Positions 25,831-35,886 are shown, counted from the stretch's first letter. The stretch: 64,000 nt of DNA from a virus (IMGVR_UViG_3300032223_002784:1-64000), one strand, 5' to 3'. Translations and numbers: made by a program. The notes: a model not told the origin generated them from the letters alone.

Positions 25831-26064
25831 TTATTCGGTTTCTGCTTGCTCTTCCTCTGGCTTATCAGCCAAAGTAAAAGTCAAAGCCTTAGTAGTTTCA
25901 TCTTGGTTAACTGCAATATTCTTACCAGAATAATCTTTGATTAGATTTTCTAGAGATACCTCAACTGATCCAAGTGTTGTTAGAATTGATGCTAGGATTT
26001 GTTCAACTGAAATTTGAACGTTACCATCTGCTTCAACTGCCTCTTGTGTTGTCTCTTCTGTCAT
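25831..26064 (-). CDS. hypothetical acidic protein
   Basis: GGAGGTG SD; coupled to dnaE. Confidence 0.7.
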   Translation of the reverse strand: MTEETTQEAVEADGNVQISVEQILASILTTLGSVEVSLENLIKDYSGKNIAVNQDETTKALTFTLADKPEEEQAETE

Positions 26065-29000
26065 TAGTTCACCTCCTTTACAAATAGGGTTCCATCATCC
26101 ATTTTAGCTATGGCAGGGTCACAGATAGATCCCGCCTTCATTTTACCCAAAGCTTTCGTATACAGCTTTGGGAAAGCAATTACTCTCTCAAGATTCTTAT
26201 CTGCATCAGACAAAATTATATGTGCCATCATTTTGTTAGCCTTTGTTTTGTAGTTAGTAAAATCAAGAACCAAACGCTTTCCATTTTCAATCTTTAATTT
26301 ATCCTTATAAAGCCAATGAACAAATGGGTCATCAACTTTTTCAACAACATCGTTAATTGTAATATACTTGTGAATACGATTATCTCCTACAAGGAAAAAA
26401 TACATCATTCCAGTCTCAATCTGAGTATTTTCAGAATGGAATATACCAACAGATCCAGTGTCATCAACTAATTCTACTCTAGACCACCCCTGCCCTTTCT
26501 TGATTGACTTTACCATTGCAAGAATAACAAAACATCCTTCTTCAAGAAAGTCTTCTAGCGGGTTAACCTGAGATTTAATCTTTGGGCTAAGCTTTCCTGT
26601 ATCAAACTTCGGTATGCCTAAGTATTCATAAAGCTTTTCATTCTCTGTACCGCTTCTTGGATTATCTGGAAAAGCAGCAGCACCAATCATATTAAGAGAA
26701 TCAATGGCCCTTGAATTAATACCACTGCCTTTTTCTCTTGCCTTATCTATAAAATCTGAATACGATTTAAATGGTCGTGTTAAAGTTATCTTACTTCCAA
26801 TATTATCTGAGATATACTTAATGTTTGATAGACCAAACCTTATTGAGTTACCTTGGATACTGAAGTCAAGCTCCGACTCGTTAATATGCGGAAGCAAGAC
26901 TTTGATACCCAATCGCTTTGCTTCCAACAAATAGTCAGTACGTGCATCCTTATCTTTTTCATTCTTGAGAACGGCAAACATAAACTCAAGGGGATAATAA
27001 TGCTTAAGCCAAGCAGTGTAATAGCTAAGCATGGAGTAAGCAATAGCATGCGAACGGTTAAAAGAATAGCCTGCGTGGGCTTCAAAATCGTGCCATAATT
27101 TTTGGGCATCTTCGGCAGTAATATACTTGCTAGCACCCGTGATAAATTGGTCTTTATATTGATCAAATTCACTTGCATCTTTCTTCTTTCCAATAATCTT
27201 TCTAACCTTATCAGCATCTACCCATGACATCCCGCCCAAATGTACGCAAGCTTGCATAACCTGTTCCTGATAAATAATAACTCCATAAGTTCTGGCTGTA
27301 AACTCTTGCATAATTGGGTGTGCATAAGTTGTCATCTCCTCACCACGCTTACGTCTGATATAGGATCCTCCAACCGTATTCATGGCCCCTGGACGAACTA
27401 AAGCGTTTGATGCAGCCAAATCTTCAAAGTTGTTTACACCCATTTTCATAAGAAGGTTGGTGTATGGAGTTGCTTCTGCTTGAAACACACCCTTTGTATA
27501 TCCATTAGATAAATCTTCAAATACTTTTGGATCATCCAGCGTTATGTCTTTAAGATTAATTTTCTTCTTTTTAATATGTTCAATAGTCCTTATTGCATCA
27601 TCAATAACTGAAAGTGTTTTAAGTCCAAGTACATCCAACTTAATCAAACCAATATCCGCAGCCTGCTCCATGTCATAAGCTACTACAGGAATACGACCAG
27701 AGACGGATTCATTTGGATCTTTGCGTGTTTCAATTGGAACATATTTACTGATATCATCCTTTGCTACAACTACTCCTGCAGCATGCATTCCATTGCCACG
27801 AATTTTGCCACGCAGCATTGAAGCATATTTAGTTACTTCTGGATATTTCTTACGAAATTCTTCTGTGGATGCACTTGTTTCATATTCTTCAAACGTCTCA
27901 ACACCCTTAAGTGCCTTATTAACTTCACCAAGTGGGATAAGGAATGTTCTAGCAACGTCACGAATTACTCCCTTGTCTTTAAAGTATTGAAATGTAGAAA
28001 TAGAAGCAACATGCTTAAACTTCTTACGCAAATATTCTTTTACTTCTCCACGACGACGATCCATAAAATCTGTATCAATATCGGGAAAATCATTACGCTC
28101 TGGATTAATAAAGCGAAAAAACAATAAGTCATAAACGATTGGGTCTACTTCTGTAATACCCATCAAATAACATACTAAAGATCCAGCAGCGGATCCTCGT
28201 CCTGGGCCAACCATGATTTCATTTGTCTTTGCCCAACCAACCATATCACCAACAACAAGGAAATAACTAGCAAAGTTTTTGTCATCAATGATCTTAAGCT
28301 CTTCTTGGAGTCTTTCTCTGTATCTCTCATTATCTAGTCCTTTTTCTATTAGAGATTCTTCACACATTTTTTTAACTGTTTTTAGTGCATTTGCTTTTGG
28401 TACTGGCAGCAAGTCAAGATTCTCATGAAAATCATAAACTTCAACCTTATTAGATATTTCTATTGTTGATTCGTATATATCTTTTCTTGTAATCCCCGCT
28501 TTTTCAAAGTCCATACTAATTTCAGAATAGGATTGAATATAAACGTTAATATCAGCGAAAGAAATAGGGCGATTGGGATAAAGATGATCAAAGCGATCAA
28601 TAATATTAGATTGTGCACGACCACTTGCGTAATCTGCTTCTTTGTTTTGCGTAGGCTTTGTGGATAAGATAAGGAGGAGTTCTTCCAAATCCCTCTCTTC
28701 TTTCTTTGCAAAATGACAGTCTCCTGTAGCAACTGGCTTCACCCCAAACTCGTCTGCTAATGAAAGCAATGCGGTATTTAAACTTTCAGGGTTATGGGCT
28801 TGAACTTCAATGTAAAAATCTTTTCCAAAACGTTCTTTGAATGATTTAACATATTCTCTTGCCTTTTCATTATCCCCACGTTCAATTGCTTTGGAAATAA
28901 GTCCATTCATACACCCTGACACTACAATTATACCGTCACCGAATTCAAAAAGGGCTTCCATATCAATTCGTGGCTTGTGATAATAACCTTCGGTCCAAGC

Positions 29001-29339
29001 AATCTGTGAAAGCTTTTGTAAATTCTTTACGCCTTCATCATTTTTTGCAAGCAAAATAATGTGATTATAGAGTGAAGTATTGTCATCACGCTTTGAAACA
29101 GCTCTTTTATCAAATCTATCTGTTGCAGAGATATATGCTTCTAGACCTAGAATGGGCTTCATTCCCAATTCTTTTGCAGCAATCTGCATGTCTCTATGGG
29201 AAGCTAGCGACCCATGATCTGTAATAGACAAACATGACTGACCTTGATTCTTTGCAGCCTCAAGTAATTCGTGAGGTGTATTAAGCCCATCCATCAACGA
29301 GTAATGGCTATGGACATGTAAATGTACAAAGTCAGACAT
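26064..29339 (-). CDS. dnaE: DNA polymerase III alpha subunit (family C)
   Basis: PHP HLHVHSHYSLMDG and TDHG; GPGRGSAAGSLV; PDIDTD; MHAAGVV; KLDVLGL; YSFNRSHA. Confidence 0.97.
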   Translation of the reverse strand: MSDFVHLHVHSHYSLMDGLNTPHELLEAAKNQGQSCLSITDHGSLASHRDMQIAAKELGMKPILGLEAYISATDRFDKRAVSKRDDNTSLYNHIILLAKNDEGVKNLQKLSQIAWTEGYYHKPRIDMEALFEFGDGIIVVSGCMNGLISKAIERGDNEKAREYVKSFKERFGKDFYIEVQAHNPESLNTALLSLADEFGVKPVATGDCHFAKKEERDLEELLLILSTKPTQNKEADYASGRAQSNIIDRFDHLYPNRPISFADINVYIQSYSEISMDFEKAGITRKDIYESTIEISNKVEVYDFHENLDLLPVPKANALKTVKKMCEESLIEKGLDNERYRERLQEELKIIDDKNFASYFLVVGDMVGWAKTNEIMVGPGRGSAAGSLVCYLMGITEVDPIVYDLLFFRFINPERNDFPDIDTDFMDRRRGEVKEYLRKKFKHVASISTFQYFKDKGVIRDVARTFLIPLGEVNKALKGVETFEEYETSASTEEFRKKYPEVTKYASMLRGKIRGNGMHAAGVVVAKDDISKYVPIETRKDPNESVSGRIPVVAYDMEQAADIGLIKLDVLGLKTLSVIDDAIRTIEHIKKKKINLKDITLDDPKVFEDLSNGYTKGVFQAEATPYTNLLMKMGVNNFEDLAASNALVRPGAMNTVGGSYIRRKRGEEMTTYAHPIMQEFTARTYGVIIYQEQVMQACVHLGGMSWVDADKVRKIIGKKKDASEFDQYKDQFITGASKYITAEDAQKLWHDFEAHAGYSFNRSHAIAYSMLSYYTAWLKHYYPLEFMFAVLKNEKDKDARTDYLLEAKRLGIKVLLPHINESELDFSIQGNSIRFGLSNIKYISDNIGSKITLTRPFKSYSDFIDKAREKGSGINSRAIDSLNMIGAAAFPDNPRSGTENEKLYEYLGIPKFDTGKLSPKIKSQVNPLEDFLEEGCFVILAMVKSIKKGQGWSRVELVDDTGSVGIFHSENTQIETGMMYFFLVGDNRIHKYITINDVVEKVDDPFVHWLYKDKLKIENGKRLVLDFTNYKTKANKMMAHIILSDADKNLERVIAFPKLYTKALGKMKAGSICDPAIAKMDDGTLFVKEVN

Positions 29340-29366
29340 GTTTATCTTTTCTATTAGTTTTTTAGT

Positions 29367-30044
29367 TTACCACTCAACGGCTGATGAGGATGATGAAGCA
29401 GTTTCTCCAGATGAGTCTGAAGTAATTCCTAGATAGAAATTCTCCTGCTCTTCGTATGGAACATCACGTACTGCTGATTTTTCAAGATCAAATAGTTCGT
29501 GCTTAGTTAAATCAATTGGAGAAGCATCTGCAGTTGGCAGAGGAATAATTGAATAATTAGTCTCTGTTGAAGTGCCTGTACGCTTTAACTTCCAATTAAG
29601 ATTTGAAATGCTTCCAGTCTCTCCTGCATAATTAATAATCTCAGGAGTTGCAGATTTTGGTCCTGCGCCTTGTGAAAAGATTGCAACGTAAGGCTCTTCA
29701 GTACCGTCATCAACAAGAACGTTGGCGTAGAATCGTGAACGACCCTTCCAGCCAGCCTTGATGTCACGGCGATGTTGTTCGCAACCAAAGCAACGGCCTT
29801 GGTCTTCAATTGTGCAAAGAGCTTTTCGCTTGTAATCTTTTGGATTTGTGTGTTCAATTGCAATAAATGCTAAACCAGCTTTTTCCAAATAACTTGGTGA
29901 GTCTGGATCAATTTCTTGCATAAAACGGATTTTTAGAGATTGACCATCTTTAAGTTGTAGCCATCTTCCTTTTTGTGAATCACCAGTGTTTGCTGGTTTG
30001 TCCATTGCCTTGTTCATGGCATTTAAGCCTTTTACTATTCCCAT
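29367..30044 (-). CDS. gp32-like single-stranded DNA-binding protein
   Basis: W-x2-LKDG-x-S-x-KIRF, Zn ligands H...C-x7-C-x2-C, KRTG-x3-ETNY, acidic/Ser tail. Confidence 0.75.
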   Translation of the reverse strand: MGIVKGLNAMNKAMDKPANTGDSQKGRWLQLKDGQSLKIRFMQEIDPDSPSYLEKAGLAFIAIEHTNPKDYKRKALCTIEDQGRCFGCEQHRRDIKAGWKGRSRFYANVLVDDGTEEPYVAIFSQGAGPKSATPEIINYAGETGSISNLNWKLKRTGTSTETNYSIIPLPTADASPIDLTKHELFDLEKSAVRDVPYEEQENFYLGITSDSSGETASSSSSAVEW

Positions 30045-30095
30045 ATATTTCTCCTTAGTGTAAGGGGCTGTTTGGTGCCCTGTGTTTCTATTATA

Positions 30096-31055
30096 TCATA
30101 AAAGTGCATACTCAAAGTGCGGAATTGCACTCTTTACGCATATTTTTATTTCTTCATCTGTGAGATCTCCCACATCTTTGGCTCCATGTGGATAGACTGT
30201 GTTATAGTCATATGATGCCCAAAGAATATTTTTATTCTTTAATTTGTTAGCGATTGTACTTCCAAGTGCTCTTCCAGCAGTATCATTATCTGTCATTATA
30301 ATAATGGTAGATGAATACTTGTTTAAATGATTAATGTTGGTATCTGAGATACTTCCACCTAATGTAGCGACAGCATTTGGATATCCCGCCTGCCATAATC
30401 GTATAGCATCAAAGCTAGACTCAACAACGATTATTGTTCCACCTTCACGCTTAGCTCTATGCAAATTAAACATTGTTTTATTTCGTGGAAGGTTGGGGCT
30501 ATTTTTAAAAGACTTGCCCTCTATTGATCTTCCAATAATACCAACGGGTAGGCCATCTGGTGAGTGTAATGGCACAGTGACCATGCTCATATTTTCAGAA
30601 TATCCTAATGAAAAGTGTGCAATGGCATCATAATTAATTTTACGTGAGGCAAAATACTCTTTGGCTTTTTCATTAGACAACAGATTATTATATAACTTGG
30701 CAAGAGTCTCTTTTGGAAATTCTGTAAAGTCTGGCTTTTCATCAAGAAGTTCTTTTAACCCGTCCTCAAATGCTTCTCCCTCAGATTGCTTGTTTGCGGA
30801 TATAAAACGCAAAGCTTCAAAATCATTTCTTTTTGTAAGTGCTTTAACTAAATCTAATATTGTTCCAGAGGAGTTGCAATTTTGGTTATAGCAGATGTAT
30901 AAGCCTTTTGAATAACTTACTGCAAATGCTGGAGAGTCTGTATTATGATGAAAAGGACATAGGCATAAAAAGTCTGTTCCTGTTTCTGAAACTACTTCAA
31001 TATTGCAAGAACGCAGAATAGAGCGGAGATCCGCCTTACTATATGCATCTGTCAT
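30096..31055 (-). CDS. DnaG-type DNA primase
   Basis: CPFHH zinc finger, GR, TOPRIM VVESSFD...ATLG...TDNDTAG, KDVGD. Confidence 0.92.
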   Translation of the reverse strand: MTDAYSKADLRSILRSCNIEVVSETGTDFLCLCPFHHNTDSPAFAVSYSKGLYICYNQNCNSSGTILDLVKALTKRNDFEALRFISANKQSEGEAFEDGLKELLDEKPDFTEFPKETLAKLYNNLLSNEKAKEYFASRKINYDAIAHFSLGYSENMSMVTVPLHSPDGLPVGIIGRSIEGKSFKNSPNLPRNKTMFNLHRAKREGGTIIVVESSFDAIRLWQAGYPNAVATLGGSISDTNINHLNKYSSTIIIMTDNDTAGRALGSTIANKLKNKNILWASYDYNTVYPHGAKDVGDLTDEEIKICVKSAIPHFEYALL

Positions 31056-31340
31056 TTATTTTCCTTTAAGTATTAAACTCTGACCCGAAAATCCTTCATA
31101 TTGAAGTGCCTTGGATTTTCCAAGATACATTCCATACATAACGAGATTGAAAGAATAGTGATCTTTCTCTTCATTATATTTTACATTAAACTGTGGCTGC
31201 ATGTCAAGTACAGGAACATATCCTTTATCCCGCATCTGCTGGACTAGAAGTCTCTCGTAATTTTCTCTTGAGCTTTGGAATATAGAGTCATCTTTGATTG
31301 TCCCACTAATCCAAAAGTCATGTATCTTTCTTGGGTACAT
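31056..31340 (-). CDS. hypothetical protein
   Basis: MRDKGYVPVLD; located between helicase and primase. Confidence 0.75.
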   Translation of the reverse strand: MYPRKIHDFWISGTIKDDSIFQSSRENYERLLVQQMRDKGYVPVLDMQPQFNVKYNEEKDHYSFNLVMYGMYLGKSKALQYEGFSGQSLILKGK

Positions 31341-31391
31341 GATCCACCTATCTTTGGTACAATTATACCAAGATAAGCAGTCATTACATAT

Positions 31392-32618
31392 TTATTGAAT
31401 TGGGTTATCATAAAGCTCAGTTACAATTCCCCGATTTATATCCCAATCTAAATAAAAGCCAAACTCTGTACCATGACGATTTTTTCTACTAACAATTTCC
31501 ATGATGTTTGTATCTGGAGTTTTGTGAATTGCAATTGCCATATCTGCATCATATTCAATAGCCTTTGACCAAGCCACCTGATTAAGCATTGGTGGAGAAT
31601 CATGGTCTGATGACTCTTCGGCGGTTGCTGCAGTAATATCAATTACTGGAATATTATTTCTGACTGCAAGCATTTTAAATTCACGAGAAATATTCATGTT
31701 ACGCTCTGTAGGAGCTTTTGAGTTATTTGAATCAGAAAATAATTGATGATAATCTACAATGACAAGATCTGGCTTATGCTGGTCAATCTTGGCTTGAACT
31801 GTTGTAGGTGTTACTTGACCTGAACCTTCATTGGACACCAAGATGAATTGATTTTTGTCTGCAAACTTTTTTGTTCCCCAGTCATCAAAAGCATCAATAT
31901 CAATTGCTCCTCTTGAAAAATCTGAAGCTTTAAATAAACCAGAGCCCATCATAGTATAAATACGGTCTCTCATGTTTTCTGGAGTCATTTCAAGTGAAAC
32001 AATCATAGGCTTAAAACCCTGTTCCCAAGCCTTACAGGCTAGATAAGATGAGAACCATGTCTTACCCTTACCTGGCCAACCAATCATCACTATAAGGTGT
32101 CCTGGAGCCATTCCAGTGGGGTAGGCATAGTCAATAGCCTTAAACCCTGTCATAATTCCTGGACTTCCGCCCATCGCATTTGAACGATCTCTTACTGCTT
32201 CAAAATGCTTTTCTGCAGATTTAAAATCTGTAAGGTCAACATCTCTTACATTAGCAGTTAATTTGCCAAGACTATTTAGTTCAGATTGCATTTGAGAAAT
32301 AACTCTTCCCGACGCTTCTGTTTTTAGACTTGCACCAGAGGTGAGAAGAAGGTTTCTTAATCTACCAGCAAGGTATTCATTTTTTAATCTGTCAACATAA
32401 TAAGCAGTCTCGCCTTTTACCTTCTCTGGTTCAAAGTCTTTAAATCTTTCAGTAAGAACTGAGATATCTGGAACAGCCTTAAATTTAAGGTAATAGGACT
32501 TTAGGCCTTCCCAAACATCTCTGTGGGAAGTAAAGACTTCATCAATATTATCTGCAAGAACCGTAGAAATATCTTTGTTCTCACATACTGCCGTGATGAC
32601 TGCGGATTCAGTGTTCAT
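31392..32618 (-). CDS. dnaB: DnaB-like replicative helicase
   Basis: GWPGKGKT Walker A, SLEM, IVDYHQL, IEYDAD, KNRHG. Confidence 0.94.
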   Translation of the reverse strand: MNTESAVITAVCENKDISTVLADNIDEVFTSHRDVWEGLKSYYLKFKAVPDISVLTERFKDFEPEKVKGETAYYVDRLKNEYLAGRLRNLLLTSGASLKTEASGRVISQMQSELNSLGKLTANVRDVDLTDFKSAEKHFEAVRDRSNAMGGSPGIMTGFKAIDYAYPTGMAPGHLIVMIGWPGKGKTWFSSYLACKAWEQGFKPMIVSLEMTPENMRDRIYTMMGSGLFKASDFSRGAIDIDAFDDWGTKKFADKNQFILVSNEGSGQVTPTTVQAKIDQHKPDLVIVDYHQLFSDSNNSKAPTERNMNISREFKMLAVRNNIPVIDITAATAEESSDHDSPPMLNQVAWSKAIEYDADMAIAIHKTPDTNIMEIVSRKNRHGTEFGFYLDWDINRGIVTELYDNPIQ

Positions 32619-32940
32619 TGTCTCTTTCTTCAACCATAGATTTTGTCTTTGCCCTGATTAATTCCCGACGGGATTTATCTTCTTGTGTTTGTTGTAAAGT
32701 TAAATCTAGCTTTTCAAAGTTATAAAAAAACCAAGATATAGGATGCCCTGGCTTTGAGATCTTAAAATAATATTCTAATAGTACCTTGGCTCTGTCATAT
32801 CCAACACTATCAACTACATCTTGCATAGCCCACTTTTCACGGTACCTATTTACAATTGCAGTCTTCTTATAAACTTCTTTATAAAGAGTACAATAAAGCC
32901 CAACTAAGCCGTAGGCTAGCTTTGCTTCATCTTTGGTCAT
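32608..32940 (-). CDS. hypothetical protein (possible helicase loader/initiator)
   Basis: Directly upstream of dnaB; NRYREKW...YYF. Confidence 0.65.
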   Translation of the reverse strand: MTKDEAKLAYGLVGLYCTLYKEVYKKTAIVNRYREKWAMQDVVDSVGYDRAKVLLEYYFKISKPGHPISWFFYNFEKLDLTLQQTQEDKSRRELIRAKTKSMVEERDNEH

Positions 32941-33155
32941 TTCTTTCCTTTACCCTTAGTCAATTCATCTTCAATTTCGTTAACTTTTTCCATTAACTTG
33001 TTCTCAACGAAAGTATACACCCTATTGGTGGCTTCATCAATACTTTCATTGTCCCTCTTAAAATCTTCAATTCCAATTCCAACCTTAAGGCTTTCATAAT
33101 TTCCTAGGTTGCGAGTAAATTGTAATTCAACCTTAACGTTCGTTTGGTTCGTCAT
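32937..33155 (-). CDS. hypothetical protein
   Basis: FTRNLGNYESLK motif. Confidence 0.75.
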   Translation of the reverse strand: MTNQTNVKVELQFTRNLGNYESLKVGIGIEDFKRDNESIDEATNRVYTFVENKLMEKVNEIEDELTKGKGKK

Positions 33156-33372
33156 CTTTTACATCGTCCCTTTCAATTAAAGCAAACCCTGGCTTAAACT
33201 TCTTAGTACCTTTGTCTGCAAGATGCTGATACAACATCATCAGTCTGTCTGATATGGCTATCATACCATCTAGGTCATCCTTTTGTCCAGCGATCTCCAT
33301 TGCATATTCTAAAACTCTAATTGCTGAATCTAATACTTGTTTTGCTTCTTTACTTAATTTATCATTTACCAT
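33133..33372 (-). CDS. hypothetical protein
   Basis: 79-aa ORF within the operon. Confidence 0.7.
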   Translation of the reverse strand: MVNDKLSKEAKQVLDSAIRVLEYAMEIAGQKDDLDGMIAISDRLMMLYQHLADKGTKKFKPGFALIERDDVKDDEPNER

Positions 33373-33881
33373 TCAGGTTGCTTCCAAACTGGGACAAATT
33401 CCCCTTCATTGTTTTTAACATATAAGATGTTCTCTTGTTTCATTATAGCTTCTATTTCCGCTCTACTAGGCATATCTCCTGGGGTGATCCCGCCATCTAA
33501 TCTTGGTCTACCTCTATGAACTGTTTTAAAGAAATCATGCATTTTTCTAACGTCGTCTTCACTCCAAAAATATTTTCCTGGAGTTTTATTTCCATTTAAA
33601 GAATAAATTTGTTGCGGAAACTTTATATCTCCACGATATAGATGCCACTTAATGGTGTCTTCATGCTTACCAATAATTTTAACAACTTCAGAGATTGGGT
33701 AAGCGTGTTGTTTATTTTTATTAACTTCCGTCAAATTATAAGCAACACGCTTTTCCAACTGATAGTCCCAAGCGACTAATAGGTCCTCGGCTCGTGAACG
33801 TCTTAAAACTTTATGCAACTTGGAATTTAAATAGAAATACCGAAGTTGTGGTGTAGTTTTTCCTCGTTTTTTGCGATCCAT
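33366..33881 (-). CDS. MerR-like HTH DNA-binding protein
   Basis: YPISEVVKIIGKHEDTIKW...WSEDDV; GRPR AT-hook-like. Confidence 0.7.
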   Translation of the reverse strand: MDRKKRGKTTPQLRYFYLNSKLHKVLRRSRAEDLLVAWDYQLEKRVAYNLTEVNKNKQHAYPISEVVKIIGKHEDTIKWHLYRGDIKFPQQIYSLNGNKTPGKYFWSEDDVRKMHDFFKTVHRGRPRLDGGITPGDMPSRAEIEAIMKQENILYVKNNEGEFVPVWKQPEW

Positions 33882-34012
33882 GATGCAAACCTATTTTCTC
33901 TTCTGACCATCCATCTTTTGCCACACATAATGCAAAAAAGCTCCACACGTAAATTCTGGGCATAAACCCTGTCTACGAATACTCTTCCCTTGCATTTTTT
34001 GCATTTCATCAT
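33827..34012 (-). CDS. zinc-ribbon protein
   Basis: CKKCKGRVFVDR...FCIMCG. Confidence 0.75.
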   Translation of the reverse strand: MMKCKKCKGRVFVDRVYAQNLRVELFCIMCGKRWMVRRENRFASWIAKNEEKLHHNFGISI

Positions 34013-34031
34013 TATTTAATTGTTTATCTGA

Positions 34032-34211
34032 TTACTTAGCTGCTGGCTTTGCCTTGTCAATAACAGCCTTAAGAACTGGACCAAGTACACCAACGAGTGC
34101 TGCCCATGCTACCTTCTTAATATCATGGTTTCCACCCTGATAAATGGCTACTGCTGCGGTTGCAGTCGCATATAGATAATGCTCTACAAGTACCTTTGTC
34201 TTTGCGTTCAT
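34032..34211 (-). CDS. putative holin (59 aa, two hydrophobic helices)
   Basis: Read manually: HYLYATATAAVAIY...VAWAALVGVLGPVLKA, basic C-terminus, AAGGAG SD. Confidence 0.55.
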   Translation of the reverse strand: MNAKTKVLVEHYLYATATAAVAIYQGGNHDIKKVAWAALVGVLGPVLKAVIDKAKPAAK

Positions 34212-34228
34212 TTGTTTCTCCTTATATG

Positions 34229-34990
34229 TTATGCGGTAAAAATTTTACCGTCAACTACACAAGTGTAGTCTCTTGTTATTTGGATTAATTGCATGTGTGG
34301 ATAGTCATTGACAACATGTGCCACTGCAAATCCAGCCTGCCAATTCTTTTGAATTGAATAATCCATCTTGGTTTCATCGCATAGGTGGCCAATTTCATAT
34401 CCACGTTGCTCTTGCCCCGTGATATTGTATGTTTGAAAATAGGCTCCCATGCGGTGAGAATGTCCACGAACTAGAGAAACTCCCCAGTTGTTGACATCAT
34501 TACGTACAGATTCTCCAGAGTGTTTAGAAATGGACTCGCCATGATGACCATACATATCACCATAGCGTTTAACAGGAGGCTCGTTATATTCGTGCCAGTT
34601 AATGCCATGCTTTTTATATTCATAGAGTGAATCTGGTGTAATGAATTCTAGAAATGCTGGAGCTTTCTTTGCCAAGTAATCACCATGTCTTGTCCAGCCA
34701 TGATTACCATCGTGAAAATGTAATTCTGCTTCTGGTCCTGCAATCTGTCTAAGATCTGCAAGAAAATCTCTTGTTCCTGTTACTCCGCCATCACTGACTG
34801 GAATACTAAATTCTGCAGGATATTCTGCTGCCCAACGTGATGTTGAATCTGCATCGTCAATGTCTCCAAGTAGGTCAACTGCGTCTGGCTTGAACCACTT
34901 CATAACTTTCATAAAGAGTTCTACTTTTCTTGGATCATGGCGGGGGAAATGAATATCCGATACCATCATCCACTTTAAGTCATTAGTCAT
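34229..34990 (-). CDS. calcineurin-like metallophosphoesterase
   Basis: SDIH, GDIDD, GNH, HG, GHSHR. Confidence 0.9.
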   Translation of the reverse strand: MTNDLKWMMVSDIHFPRHDPRKVELFMKVMKWFKPDAVDLLGDIDDADSTSRWAAEYPAEFSIPVSDGGVTGTRDFLADLRQIAGPEAELHFHDGNHGWTRHGDYLAKKAPAFLEFITPDSLYEYKKHGINWHEYNEPPVKRYGDMYGHHGESISKHSGESVRNDVNNWGVSLVRGHSHRMGAYFQTYNITGQEQRGYEIGHLCDETKMDYSIQKNWQAGFAVAHVVNDYPHMQLIQITRDYTCVVDGKIFTA

Positions 34991-35015
34991 ATAATCCTTT
35001 TTCTAGGTTTAGTTA

Positions 35016-35045
35016 ATTGTAGCGTACTATGTTATATTCTGTCAA
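35016..35045 (-). promoter_or_regulatory. SigA-type promoter
   Basis: TTGACA-N18-TACAAT. Confidence 0.75.
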
Positions 35046-35302
35046 GCAACGTGTGCTTTGTTATGTTCTATTCTTGAGCATAAAAAAAGATTAACTAATC
35101 TATTATCTGTTTTATCTTTATTTATGTGATGAATGGTTTCCCAATCTTCAATAACTCTATTTAGTTGTTTTTCTATCATCAGTCTGTGTTCATAATAAAA
35201 GCCCCTGAAGGCTTTTGGATGTTCGGGGACTCTGATTAATACATAGCCTTCCCGACTAATTCTTCTATCACGTTTTGTCCAAACTCTGATAGGAGTATAC
35301 AT
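35042..35302 (-). CDS. HNH endonuclease
   Basis: GYVL...EHRL...IHHINKDKTDNRLVNL...EH-x3-H. Confidence 0.88.
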   Translation of the reverse strand: MYTPIRVWTKRDRRISREGYVLIRVPEHPKAFRGFYYEHRLMIEKQLNRVIEDWETIHHINKDKTDNRLVNLFLCSRIEHNKAHVA

Positions 35303-35323
35303 TATTAAATTTTAGAACTTCTC

Positions 35324-35728
35324 TTAAGCATCTAGTGTATCTCCTTCAACGTGCGTGGATATATCTTTTTCACTAACTTTAAGAACTTCTTTACTAACCC
35401 ATTCTATCACATCTGGATTGGTAATGTGCCTTCTTTTTGAATCGCTTATAAGATATATTTTACCATCTGCAATGTTTTGGACCAAAGATCCATCTCTAAA
35501 GCCCAACACTCCTGTTATTCCAAATCCCGCCATTTTGGATTCTGTTGTAATAACGACGGGAAGATCCCATGACAACATTGCCTTTTCTGAAACAAATTTA
35601 AATCTTTTTACACCTTTGATGTAAAAATATCCTTTTTCAGTATGAGCAATTAATCCGCTAGGGACTATAGGGTTGTATGTTTTATTGCTTTGTGTTTGTT
35701 TTTTCTGAAAGGCTTTGAGAATATTCAT
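35324..35728 (-). CDS. hypothetical protein with two short internal repeats
   Basis: PSGL...YFYIKGVKR and RDGSL...IYLISDSKRR. Confidence 0.7.
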   Translation of the reverse strand: MNILKAFQKKQTQSNKTYNPIVPSGLIAHTEKGYFYIKGVKRFKFVSEKAMLSWDLPVVITTESKMAGFGITGVLGFRDGSLVQNIADGKIYLISDSKRRHITNPDVIEWVSKEVLKVSEKDISTHVEGDTLDA

Positions 35729-35870
35729 CTATAGCTTTCTGCTTATCTTCTTGATCCTGCATTACTTGTGTAATTTCTGCTCTAAGTACAGCGATTTGAG
35801 TCTCATAATTTGAAACTAATTCACCAATACGTTGTTGTAGAGCAGTAATGATTAATTCTGCTTTATCCAT
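35682..35870 (-). CDS. small coiled-coil protein
   Basis: ALQQRIGELVSNYETQIAVLRAEIT. Confidence 0.7.
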   Translation of the reverse strand: MDKAELIITALQQRIGELVSNYETQIAVLRAEITQVMQDQEDKQKAIDEYSQSLSEKTNTKQ

Positions 35871-35886
35871 TGTATTCCGTTTCTAT

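Noticed and set aside
26064-29339. Inteins or introns in dnaE, dnaB, recA or terL
   Set aside because: Lengths are normal and no C...HN splice junctions or LAGLIDADG motifs were seen.
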